Shown here one piece after another: positions 38,663 to 46,348 of a stretch of 64,000 nt of DNA. Below the pieces are notes generated by a model, which ran no database searches, was not told where the DNA came from, and was given only the letters and a program-made list of their open reading frames with translations. Location of the stretch: positions 14,185-78,184 of the forward strand of contig JAQBVF010000017.1 of NCBI GenBank assembly GCA_027623675.1. Direction: 5' to 3'. Origin of the DNA: Chloroflexota bacterium (GTDB lineage Bacteria; Chloroflexota; Dehalococcoidia; Lucifugimonadales; UBA3495). Position 1 is the stretch's first letter. Each line of letters begins with the position of its first letter. Both the position numbers and the translations under genes were made by a program.

Positions 38663-39814
38663 TTACTCGACCCCCAGCACGGCCACTCCGCCGGTGGCGG
38701 TGGGGATGCCGCGCCACGACTGCGCCAGGCCTGTTTTGACGCCGGCTATCTGCCGTTCGCCGGCTTGGCCTCGCAGTTGGAGCACCACTTCCAACACGCT
38801 GCGCAGTCCCGACATGTCGTAGGTGTGGCCGCAGCCCAGGTTGCCGCCGGACACGTTCACCGGCAGGTCTCCGGTGGGCGAGAACAACCCGTCCCGCAGC
38901 AGTCTGCCCGACTCGCCGGGACCGGCCAGCCCCAGTGCTTCCAAGTGCTGCAGTTGCTTGTAGGAGTAGGTGTCGTCCACCTCGGCGAAGTCGATCTCCG
39001 AGACCGGACTGCCGATGCCCGCCATCCGGTAGGCCCGTTCGGCCGCCTGCTCGATGTACTTGGCACGGTGCAGGTCACGCTCTTCGATGTTGGGTGTGTC
39101 CTGACTCCAGCCGATGCCGTTGATGAAGACCGGCTGGCCGCCGATGCGAGAGAGCAACGACTCACGAGCCAGCACGAATACCACCGCGCCGTCGGCCGGG
39201 TTGGCGATGTCGCCGCGCTTCAGAGGTTCGGCTTCGGGGCGCGATCCCATGATGTCGTCGACGGTCAACGCCGCTGGAAATGCAGCGAGCGGATTGGATA
39301 AGGCGTTGTGGCGGTTCACCGCAGCCACGAGGGCGGCCTGCTGCTCGGTGTTGCCCGTCTCGTCAAGGAATGACCGCATCTCCATGCCGGCGACGAAGTG
39401 GGGGTGGAACCCCAAGGGCCGAGCGTAGAGCGGGTCCAGGGCGAATGCGTCGATGTGGGCGGGATAGTCGATGTTGGACGCTTTGCTGTGTCCTTCGATC
39501 ACCGCCAGGTCCAGTTGTTCGGTCTGGAGTTGCATCACCAGCGATGCGATGCCGGTGATGCCGTCGGCGGTTACGGTTTGGACCGGTTTCAGCACGGCGC
39601 CCAGTTGGTCGGGCACATACTCGTCGGCGATGGCCGTGCCTTCGATGTAGTCCTCGGTGATGGAGACGAAGGTGCTGATGTCGTTGGGGCCGACACCGGC
39701 GTCGTTGTAGGCCTTGACCGCGGCCTCGAAGATCATCTCCCGGTATGAAACCTCTGGCGAGACGGACCGGAAGGGCGTGTAACCGGCTCCGACTATTGCG
39801 ACCCGCTCGAACAT
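38663..39814 (-). CDS. Thiolase-fold protein lacking the catalytic Cys (partner subunit)
   Basis: RVAIVGAG, TVTADGITG at the Cys position, AEVDDTY, PVNVSGG, QLRGQAGERQ. Confidence 0.88.
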   Translation of the reverse strand: MFERVAIVGAGYTPFRSVSPEVSYREMIFEAAVKAYNDAGVGPNDISTFVSITEDYIEGTAIADEYVPDQLGAVLKPVQTVTADGITGIASLVMQLQTEQLDLAVIEGHSKASNIDYPAHIDAFALDPLYARPLGFHPHFVAGMEMRSFLDETGNTEQQAALVAAVNRHNALSNPLAAFPAALTVDDIMGSRPEAEPLKRGDIANPADGAVVFVLARESLLSRIGGQPVFINGIGWSQDTPNIEERDLHRAKYIEQAAERAYRMAGIGSPVSEIDFAEVDDTYSYKQLQHLEALGLAGPGESGRLLRDGLFSPTGDLPVNVSGGNLGCGHTYDMSGLRSVLEVVLQLRGQAGERQIAGVKTGLAQSWRGIPTATGGVAVLGVE

Positions 39815-40042
39815 GGCACCTCGGATATTAGGCTTTCGATGTTGGGGATCCCCGGGGTTTTAGCTGTGAACCAGGCCTAAGTTTCGGACTTGAAATCGAG
39901 GTTTGAGCATACCAGAAATCGAGTGGCGGGCGCTACGAAGCTGAGGGACGCAGCACGGCTTTTAGATCATCCCTCCAGCGCCAGTTTCGCCCTTAAATCT
40001 TCAACAATCCAAAGGCCTGGGGGACGCCGGGATAAACGGGGC

Positions 40043-41419
40043 CTACCGGAAGAATGGCTCACTTGGCCCGTCGTGGTCATCGTCGTCGTCATCCTCCTCC
40101 TCCCACAGGTCCGGGTCTTCCCAGGGCTGCAAGCCCTCCTCCGGGTCGCGGGCTGGCCGGAGTCTGGACGCCACTAATTGGATGGACAGCGCGACGATCA
40201 CCAGCAACATGAGCCCGCCGAGAAGCCAGCTATCGAAGAACAAAATGGGCGACGGTTTGGAGGCGGGGCCTCGGCCGGGCGCCGCCGGGGCGGGAGCGGG
40301 CGCTCCGGGAGCCTCACCGGCCCAACGGGCGTCCAATCCGTCTGTGTCGAAGCCGTAGACGTTCATCAGCGAAGCGTCCACGGTGGCGCCGCCGTTCAAT
40401 TCGGCCACGAATCGCTGGAATCCGGCCTCGCCGAACTCGTCAATCATGAACGCCACGACGCTCAGCGACTTCTGGTAGAAGGCGTTGATGGTGTGGGGCG
40501 TGCCGGTTACCGTGTTCATGGCCCGGAGCGGGATAGTGCGCGAGTTGAGGCTGGGGCCGCTTAGGACCGTGGACGATGGGTCCATGTAACTGGCGAATCC
40601 CTCGTCCAACCAAGCGGGTGTGGGGAGCGCCCGGTCGCCTACGGCTTGGCCAAACATCAGGTGGGCGACCTCATGCACGATCAGCCCCCGGTCCATGCCC
40701 AACCCCAAGAATAGCCCCCGCTCGGAGAAGGCGAACCCCTGGAATATCTGCTGTTCGGTGGTGGTGCGGCTCTGTTGCGGGAATGCTTCCAGGGTGTCGG
40801 AGCGGTTACTGTAGATAATGCCCTTGATGGCGTTCGGCTGGTCAAGCTGCAGTAACGTTTGCAGTTTCTCCAAGTCCGATTCCAGTTGCCGGGCCACCGC
40901 TTGCACCGTGGAGTTGGACTGGTCGTAATACTGCAGGGTCAGCGGTCCGATCGTAACTTTATCCCAGTCGAACCGGGTATCTTCGTAGACCACCGTCGCC
41001 GGTTCGGTGCGGAGCATGTTGCCCTTGGAGTCGCTGATCTCGTAGTAATACTCGATCTCGGTGCCCGGAGGCTGGTAGGTGGGCACCTCTCCCGTCAGGT
41101 TGATACTGGCGGTGATCCGGTTGGCCGGCACGAAGCTTGGATAGGCGTAGGCCCAGATGCGGCTACCGGCGGTGCGGTAGAAGATACGCACCGCCACGAT
41201 CTCGTCGTCTCCCCGTGCCGTCACCGACAGGTCGACGTTGCCGGGGAAGATCACCGATTGACTGGTCGCATCGACCTCGATTCCCCCTGCGGCGGAGACG
41301 GGAGAAGCCGTCGAGAGCGCGATGAGAAAAACGCCGACCGAGGCGAGAAGAACGGTCCGCCGGAGCGTTGCCCGGAGCGTTGCTATGAAGGACAGATGTC
41401 GGAGGATCGAGCTTGGCAA
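40043..41419 (-). CDS. Membrane-anchored zinc metallopeptidase (Peptidase MA-like)
   Basis: Signal peptide, HEVAH, WLDEGFA, C-terminal TM. Start uncertain. Confidence 0.85.
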   Translation of the reverse strand: MPSSILRHLSFIATLRATLRRTVLLASVGVFLIALSTASPVSAAGGIEVDATSQSVIFPGNVDLSVTARGDDEIVAVRIFYRTAGSRIWAYAYPSFVPANRITASINLTGEVPTYQPPGTEIEYYYEISDSKGNMLRTEPATVVYEDTRFDWDKVTIGPLTLQYYDQSNSTVQAVARQLESDLEKLQTLLQLDQPNAIKGIIYSNRSDTLEAFPQQSRTTTEQQIFQGFAFSERGLFLGLGMDRGLIVHEVAHLMFGQAVGDRALPTPAWLDEGFASYMDPSSTVLSGPSLNSRTIPLRAMNTVTGTPHTINAFYQKSLSVVAFMIDEFGEAGFQRFVAELNGGATVDASLMNVYGFDTDGLDARWAGEAPGAPAPAPAAPGRGPASKPSPILFFDSWLLGGLMLLVIVALSIQLVASRLRPARDPEEGLQPWEDPDLWEEEDDDDDDHDGPSEPFFR

Positions 41420-41527
41420 CTCTGGCGGGTCCCTGCTGATTGGCGGTTGAGAGCCAGTGCGAACTGACCTACATAAAGTATACGTTGGATTCCTGCCAAA
41501 GGCTTTCCGCTCCCGTTCCCGCGCCCG

Positions 41528-42601
41528 CTATTCGGCTGCCTGCTCCATCGCCAGCAGTGACTTTTTCCGCTCCAGCCCCCATTCGTAGCCGCCCAGGCCG
41601 CCGTCGGTGCGCAGCACGCGGTGGCAGGGTATGACTAGAGCCACCGGATTGGCCCCGCAGGCCGTGCCCACTGCGCGGGAAGAATTGGCGTTGCCCAGCG
41701 ACTGCGCCACCTGCCGGTAGGTGCGGGTCTCGCCGTAGGGAATGGCTTTTAGCATCTGCCATACCTGCTGCTGGAAGGCCGTCGCTTGGATGTCCAGTGG
41801 CAGGTCCAAGCCGGTCTTTTCCCCGTCCAGGTAAGACAGTATCTCGGCGGTCCAGATCGCCAGGTTGCCCCCGTCTTGCTGGTGTTTTGCCGATGGAAAC
41901 TCGGCTAGTAATCGCTCTTTCAGCGCCGTGTCCGAGTCGCCCAACATCACCGAGCAGACTCCCTTGTCGGTGGACGCCACCAGGAGCCGGCCCATGGGGC
42001 AGGCCGCCACCGTGTGATAGATGTTCATACCCTTCCCTCCATTCCTGTAGACGCCGGGACTCATGCCCATGTGCGCTTCCGATCTCTCGTACAGCCTGCT
42101 GGGCGAACCGAACCCAGCCTCGTAGAGCGCGGCTGAGATGCTCTGTCCGCCCTTGATCATCGCCTTGAACCGGTCCATCCGCCAGGCCGACGCGTACTGG
42201 TGCGGCGTGACCCCGGTTGCGTCTTTGAACACCCGCTGCACGTGTGAGGGGCTGGTCCCAACCGCCCGGCCGATCTCGGCCAGGGTGGGTCCGGAATCTG
42301 AGTTGTCTTGGATGTACTTGCACACCCGGCGGACCAGGCCGGCGTTGCCGACGCTGGCAGACTCTTGGTCCGGCAGGCAGCGTTTGCACGCCCTGAATCC
42401 CGCGGCCTCCGCATCGACGGCCCGAGGGAAGAAAGCGACGCGGTGGGGCGCCGGCCGGCGGCTGGGACAGGTGGGCCGGCAATAGATGCCGGTTGAGCTG
42501 ACCGAGTAGACGAAACGCCCATCGGCCCTGGCGTCGCGCGTTTGTACAGCCTCCCACTTATCGGGGTCTATTCCGGAGTTCCGGTATTCAGCAGCAACCA
42601 T
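41528..42601 (-). CDS. ada: Bifunctional Ada regulator / O6-methylguanine-DNA methyltransferase
   Basis: STGIYCRPTCPSR, GFRACKRC, AraC HTH, IPCHRV motifs. Confidence 0.95.
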   Translation of the reverse strand: MVAAEYRNSGIDPDKWEAVQTRDARADGRFVYSVSSTGIYCRPTCPSRRPAPHRVAFFPRAVDAEAAGFRACKRCLPDQESASVGNAGLVRRVCKYIQDNSDSGPTLAEIGRAVGTSPSHVQRVFKDATGVTPHQYASAWRMDRFKAMIKGGQSISAALYEAGFGSPSRLYERSEAHMGMSPGVYRNGGKGMNIYHTVAACPMGRLLVASTDKGVCSVMLGDSDTALKERLLAEFPSAKHQQDGGNLAIWTAEILSYLDGEKTGLDLPLDIQATAFQQQVWQMLKAIPYGETRTYRQVAQSLGNANSSRAVGTACGANPVALVIPCHRVLRTDGGLGGYEWGLERKKSLLAMEQAAE

Positions 42602-42637
42602 ATTTCCCACCTATCAGGCTCGTTCGGTGTCGCGTGC

Positions 42638-43084
42638 CTAGTTTGCGGGTCTGACGAAATGGGTCGAATTCACCAGGGCCAGCAGCTTGCCGTCGTCGGC
42701 GGTCACCCGGGTGGTCACTGCCACTAGGGTGCGGCCCGGATGGGCCACCATGCTTTCGGCCCGAAGGGTGCCGGTCCGGACGTTGGCCACTATCTGGGTC
42801 GAGATGCTCACCGCCACCGGTATCTCGTCCAGCGTTATATCCCGCCCCGTAGCGGCGACCGCGGCGTAGGTGGCGGCCGTGTCGGCCAGGGAGACCATGC
42901 TCCCCGCGTGGACGTGGCCCGACGGCGTTGCCAGGCCGGGGTGGACCGGCAGCTCAACCACCGTTTTCTCCTTGCTGACCTCCAACACGCGCATCCCCAG
43001 GTGTCCCATGAGGGTGCCGTCGAAGTGATCGGTCATCCATCTGCCCTGGTCTTCGGGGGTTGATCCCACGGGCCAACGTTCCAT
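42638..43084 (-). CDS. PaaI family hotdog thioesterase
   Basis: LGMRV, GHVHAG..SLADT, HPGRT motifs. Confidence 0.88.
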   Translation of the reverse strand: MERWPVGSTPEDQGRWMTDHFDGTLMGHLGMRVLEVSKEKTVVELPVHPGLATPSGHVHAGSMVSLADTAATYAAVAATGRDITLDEIPVAVSISTQIVANVRTGTLRAESMVAHPGRTLVAVTTRVTADDGKLLALVNSTHFVRPAN

Positions 43085-43278
43085 CTATATCCCTTTCTAT
43101 ATCCCTTTCTGGCGGAGGTTGCAGTCCCTTCGACGCCATCAGAATACCTTAAATCCCAGGGCTGTTCTATCCGGTTCTGACTCTCAAAGTCGGGCTTTCA
43201 AAATGGCTGGTAGAGGCCATTGGCATCAGGTGTTTGAATAAAGTTTAAGCAATGTTCAAGGATGGTGACCCATGGTCA

Positions 43279-43308
43279 TTGTTATGTCGTACAAACGTTC
43301 TATATAAT
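43279..43308 (+). promoter_or_regulatory. Promoter with putative LexA (SOS) box upstream of imuB-dnaE2
   Basis: GTAC-AAAC-GTTC (43289-43300), a variant of GAAC-N4-GTTC, lying between TTGTTA (-35) and TATAAT (43303-43308). Confidence 0.7.
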
Positions 43309-43415
43309 CCGTCCCCCACCGGGGAAATAGCCTCAGATAAGGGCCAAAACCAGGCTCTAAATCAGAACATTTCCCGAACTAAAGCCCCCGAACTAAAAAC
43401 CCGGGACTAAAGCCG

Positions 43416-44615
43416 ATGACCGACCGTTCCATAGCCTGCATGATCGTCACCCACCTCCCGGTTAAAGCCGAGATGCGCCGCTATCCCCAATTGCGGGGAA
43501 AGCCCGTCGTTATCACCGAGAGTTACGGTTCCAGGGACCTGGTGCTGGACAGCTCGCCGGAAGCCCAGGGAGTGACCGCCGGCATGCCACTCGCCGAGGC
43601 CATGTCCCGGTGCAAAGAGGCGTCCCTGGTCCAGGCCGACGCGCCCTACTACAACGGCGCCTTCGACAAGCTGGTCAAGGCCCTTGAATCGCGGAGTCCC
43701 ATGGTGGAAAAGGCCGGACTTGGCTGCACCTACGTGGGTCTGGACGGCTTGGAGCTTATGTACGGAGGCGAGGCGCGAGTTATTGCGTCCCTGCTCCAGG
43801 CGGCGCCCCAGGAGTTCAATCCCAGGGTCGGCGTGGCCACGGGCAAATTCCCGGCCTACGTCGCCGCGGTGACCACCAAGGGCGGGCGGGCCACCAAGGT
43901 GCCCTCGGACGCGGCCGGTTCGGCGGGTTTCTTGAACGCACTTTCCATCGGACTGCTGCCCATATCTTGGGCCAATAAGACCCGGCTGCACCGCTTTGGC
44001 ATCCATACCCTGGGACAACTGGCGGCCCTGCCGGTGGGTGCGGTCCAGGCCCAATTGGGCACCGACGGCCGGCGCGCCTGGCAACTGGCCAGCGGGGTGG
44101 ACAACAGCCCGCTCAAGCCCCACCGGGAGGAGCAGGCGGTGGAAGAATCGCTGACTTTCCCCTCGCCCACCGTCACATGGAGTCCGATCCTGATGGCCCT
44201 GAGCACGCTGCTGGGCCGTGCCTTTGCCCGCCCGGAGGTCGGTGGCCGCTACGTCCGCACCGCCACCATCGAAAGCCATGTGTACCGGCTGCCGCCCTGG
44301 GTGAAACGCTTTGGGTTCAAAGAGGCACTGGGCAGCAGAGACCGGGCCCTGTTCGCCCTGAAGAGCCGGTTGGACAGCGTGACCCTGCCCGGACCGCTGG
44401 AAGACATAAAGCTGACCCTGGCCGGGTTCACCGGAGAGTCGGGGATCCAGACCAACCTCTTCTCAGACGTGCGCAAACAGGAGCAGCTCAAAGAGATGAT
44501 GCGCCAGTTGGAAGCCGTGTTGGGTGGCAAACCGCCCATCTACCAGATGAAGGAGGTGGAGCCGTGGTCGCGCATCCCAGAAAGACGCCAAGCCCTGGTC
44601 CCATTCGACCCGTAA
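43416..44615 (+). CDS. imuB: ImuB-like catalytically inactive Y-family DNA polymerase
   Basis: Y-family features (GKPVVI, GVTAGMPL.EA, GIHTLGQLA) without catalytic carboxylates; C-terminal PWSRIPERR; upstream of dnaE2. Confidence 0.85.
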   Translation: MTDRSIACMIVTHLPVKAEMRRYPQLRGKPVVITESYGSRDLVLDSSPEAQGVTAGMPLAEAMSRCKEASLVQADAPYYNGAFDKLVKALESRSPMVEKAGLGCTYVGLDGLELMYGGEARVIASLLQAAPQEFNPRVGVATGKFPAYVAAVTTKGGRATKVPSDAAGSAGFLNALSIGLLPISWANKTRLHRFGIHTLGQLAALPVGAVQAQLGTDGRRAWQLASGVDNSPLKPHREEQAVEESLTFPSPTVTWSPILMALSTLLGRAFARPEVGGRYVRTATIESHVYRLPPWVKRFGFKEALGSRDRALFALKSRLDSVTLPGPLEDIKLTLAGFTGESGIQTNLFSDVRKQEQLKEMMRQLEAVLGGKPPIYQMKEVEPWSRIPERRQALVPFDP

Positions 44616-44722
44616 GGTCCAAAACCGCCACGGCTAAAAGCACGTCGCCCAAAACCTCAGATTCCATCTCTGAGGCCAATGCCGCCGCCGGGCCCGGAGT
44701 CCGGAACACGCGGTTCCGGCCC

Positions 44723-45076
44723 ATGAACCTGCCTGTGCCCATAGACGTCGCCGTGGACGATGCCGAGCGTCCCGTGTCCGTCACGCTGCCGCCGGCGGCA
44801 TCTGTCCGCCCGCTGGGTCCCCGCCGCCCAGCTAGCTACCGCGGTTCCGAGCAGAAAGGCCGAAAGCTAGCAGTCACTTCCATTGATGACCTATGGCAGG
44901 TGGACGACGAATGGTGGCGAGAAACCCCCATCTCCCGCCGCTACTATCTGATAACCGCTAGGCAGATAACCGCTAGTCAGCTAACCACCCAAGCCCCAAT
45001 CACTCAAGGCGACCGGCGCCTGACCATCTTCCACGACCAGATAAACCACCAATGGCACTGGCAAAAAGGGGGGTGA
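44723..45076 (+). CDS. Small Trp-rich protein of the imuB-dnaE2 cassette (DUF6504-like)
   Basis: PIDV...PVSV...IDDLWQVDDEWWRETPISRRYY...TIFHD..W pattern; 3' part of ORF 44177-45076; start uncertain. Confidence 0.7.
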   Translation: MNLPVPIDVAVDDAERPVSVTLPPAASVRPLGPRRPASYRGSEQKGRKLAVTSIDDLWQVDDEWWRETPISRRYYLITARQITASQLTTQAPITQGDRRLTIFHDQINHQWHWQKGG

Positions 45077-45079
45077 GGG

Positions 45080-45151
45080 GTGCTAGGTTATCAAAGTAAC
45101 TTGAAGCCCATCAGCCGCCAGTTACGCTCGGAAATGACCGATTGTGAGCAG
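45080..45151 (+). pseudogene. 5' fragment of a DUF559-like endonuclease gene, interrupted by repeats
   Basis: GTG after GAGG gives VLGYQSNLKPISRQLRSEMTDCEQ, resembling the DUF559 N-terminus (Y..NLK..SR.LR..MT.AE); then runs into the repeat array. Confidence 0.65.
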
Positions 45152-45201
45152 CCACCCGCATATGTCATCCTGAGCAGCCACCCGCATATGTCATCCTGAG
45201 C
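45146..45201 (+). repeat. Tandem 26-bp repeats GAGCAGCCACCCGCATATGTCATCCT (2 copies)
   Basis: TATGTCATCC cores at 45161 and 45187. Confidence 0.9.
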
Positions 45202-45576
45202 CAGCCGCGGCGGCGAAGGATCTACCAATCCCGAGGAACCGCAGAATGAACCATTACTACGTGTACATCATGGCCAGTTACCAGGGAACTCTATACATAG
45301 GAATGACCAACGATTTATACCGCAGGGCATACGAACACCGTCATAAGTTAGTGCCCGGATTCACCCAAAAGTACAACGTGAACAAGTTGGTGTATTACGA
45401 GGAAACATCGGACGTGGAGTCAGCCATCGCCAGGGAAAAGCAGATTAAAGGATGGCGAAGGAGCAAAAAAGCATCATTGGTGGCATCATCGAACCCACAT
45501 TGGGTGGACTTGGCTGAAAGCTGGTATGAAGACCGAAGCTTGGCAGACCCTTCACTACGTTCAGGGTGACATATGC
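45184..45576 (+). mobile_element. Putative GIY-YIG nuclease element bounded by imperfect ~45-bp inverted repeats
   Basis: Left end GCATATGTCATCCTGAGC..GCGAAGGATCT; right end AGACCCTTCACTACGTTCAGGGTGACATATGC; single gene inside. Confidence 0.7.
45246..45569 (+). CDS. GIY-YIG nuclease (stand-alone, UPF0213/YhbQ-like)
   Basis: YYVYIMAS..GTLYIGMTNDL.RR..EH, FTQKYNV.KLVYYE, AIAREKQIKGWRR.KK. Stop codon lies inside the right inverted repeat. Confidence 0.95.
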   Translation: MNHYYVYIMASYQGTLYIGMTNDLYRRAYEHRHKLVPGFTQKYNVNKLVYYEETSDVESAIAREKQIKGWRRSKKASLVASSNPHWVDLAESWYEDRSLADPSLRSG

Positions 45577-45596
45577 AGAGCCGTGTTCGGGCTGCC

Positions 45597-45775
45597 TATG
45601 TCACCCTGAGCCAGCCACCCTCCTATGTCACCCCGAGCCAGCCACTCGCATATGTCATCCTGAGCCAGCCACCCTCCTATGTCATCGTGAGCAGCCGTTC
45701 GCATATGTCATCCTGAGCAGCCGTTCGCATATGTCATCGTGAGAAGCCATTCGCATATGTCATCCTGAGCCAGCC
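45597..45775 (+). repeat. Tandem array of 7 degenerate 26-27 bp units (TATGTCAYCSYGAG...)
   Basis: Cores at 45597, 45624, 45651, 45678, 45704, 45730, 45756. Confidence 0.92.
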
Positions 45776-45931
45776 GCAGCGGCGAAGGATCTGCCAAGTC
45801 CGAGGACTGCAGGATTAACCGCTATTACGTGTCTGCCATGACCAGTTAACAGAGGACTAGATGCATAGGAATAACCGATCATTTACATCGAAGCTTGGCA
45901 GACCCTTCCCTTCGCTCAGGGTGACATATGC
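45753..45931 (+). mobile_element. Non-autonomous internally deleted copy of the GIY-YIG element
   Basis: Both inverted repeats plus a decayed 5' portion of the GIY-YIG gene fused to its 3' end. Confidence 0.75.
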
Positions 45932-46013
45932 AGAGTCGTGTTCGGGCTGAAAATAATAGCATCGAGGTTAGGTGCCTGGAGTAGAGCATGCTTTTGCGGC
46001 GAGCCAGGATTAG

Positions 46014-46113
46014 TATGGCATCCCGAGCCAGCCACTCACATATGTCATTCAGAGCCAGCCACCCTCCTATGTCATCGTGAGAAGCCATTCGCATATGTCA
46101 TCCTGAGCCAGCC
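46014..46113 (+). repeat. Tandem array of 4 degenerate 26-27 bp units
   Basis: Cores at 46014, 46041, 46068, 46094. Confidence 0.88.
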
Positions 46114-46266
46114 GCAGCGGCGAAGGATCTGCCAAGTCCGAGGACTGCAGGATTAACCGCTATTACGTGTCTGCCATGACCAGTTAACAGAGGACTAGAT
46201 ATGCATAGGAATAACCGATCATTTACATCGAAGCTTGGCAGACCCTTCCCTTCGCTCAGGGTGACA
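46091..46266 (+). mobile_element. Second non-autonomous copy of the GIY-YIG element
   Basis: 46068-46266 is near-identical to 45730-45926, with a 2-bp AT insertion. Confidence 0.75.
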
Positions 46267-46348
46267 GATATAGCTACCATTCTTGGATGCTCAGATCCTT
46301 CATCCAAACCCTAAATTCAGACCGCTGACCACTAACGCCTAACCCACC

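Noticed and set aside
43373..43411. CCCGAACTAAA-like x3 (14-bp period) as extra LexA sites
   Set aside because: Only GAAC half-sites in direct orientation; likely a short tandem duplication.
44177..44722. 5' part of the 299-aa ORF
   Set aside because: Overlaps imuB out of frame with low-complexity translation; only the 3' part looks coding.
45597..46113. CRISPR array
   Set aside because: Period is only 26-27 bp, the variable parts are short related variants rather than unique spacers, and there are no cas genes.
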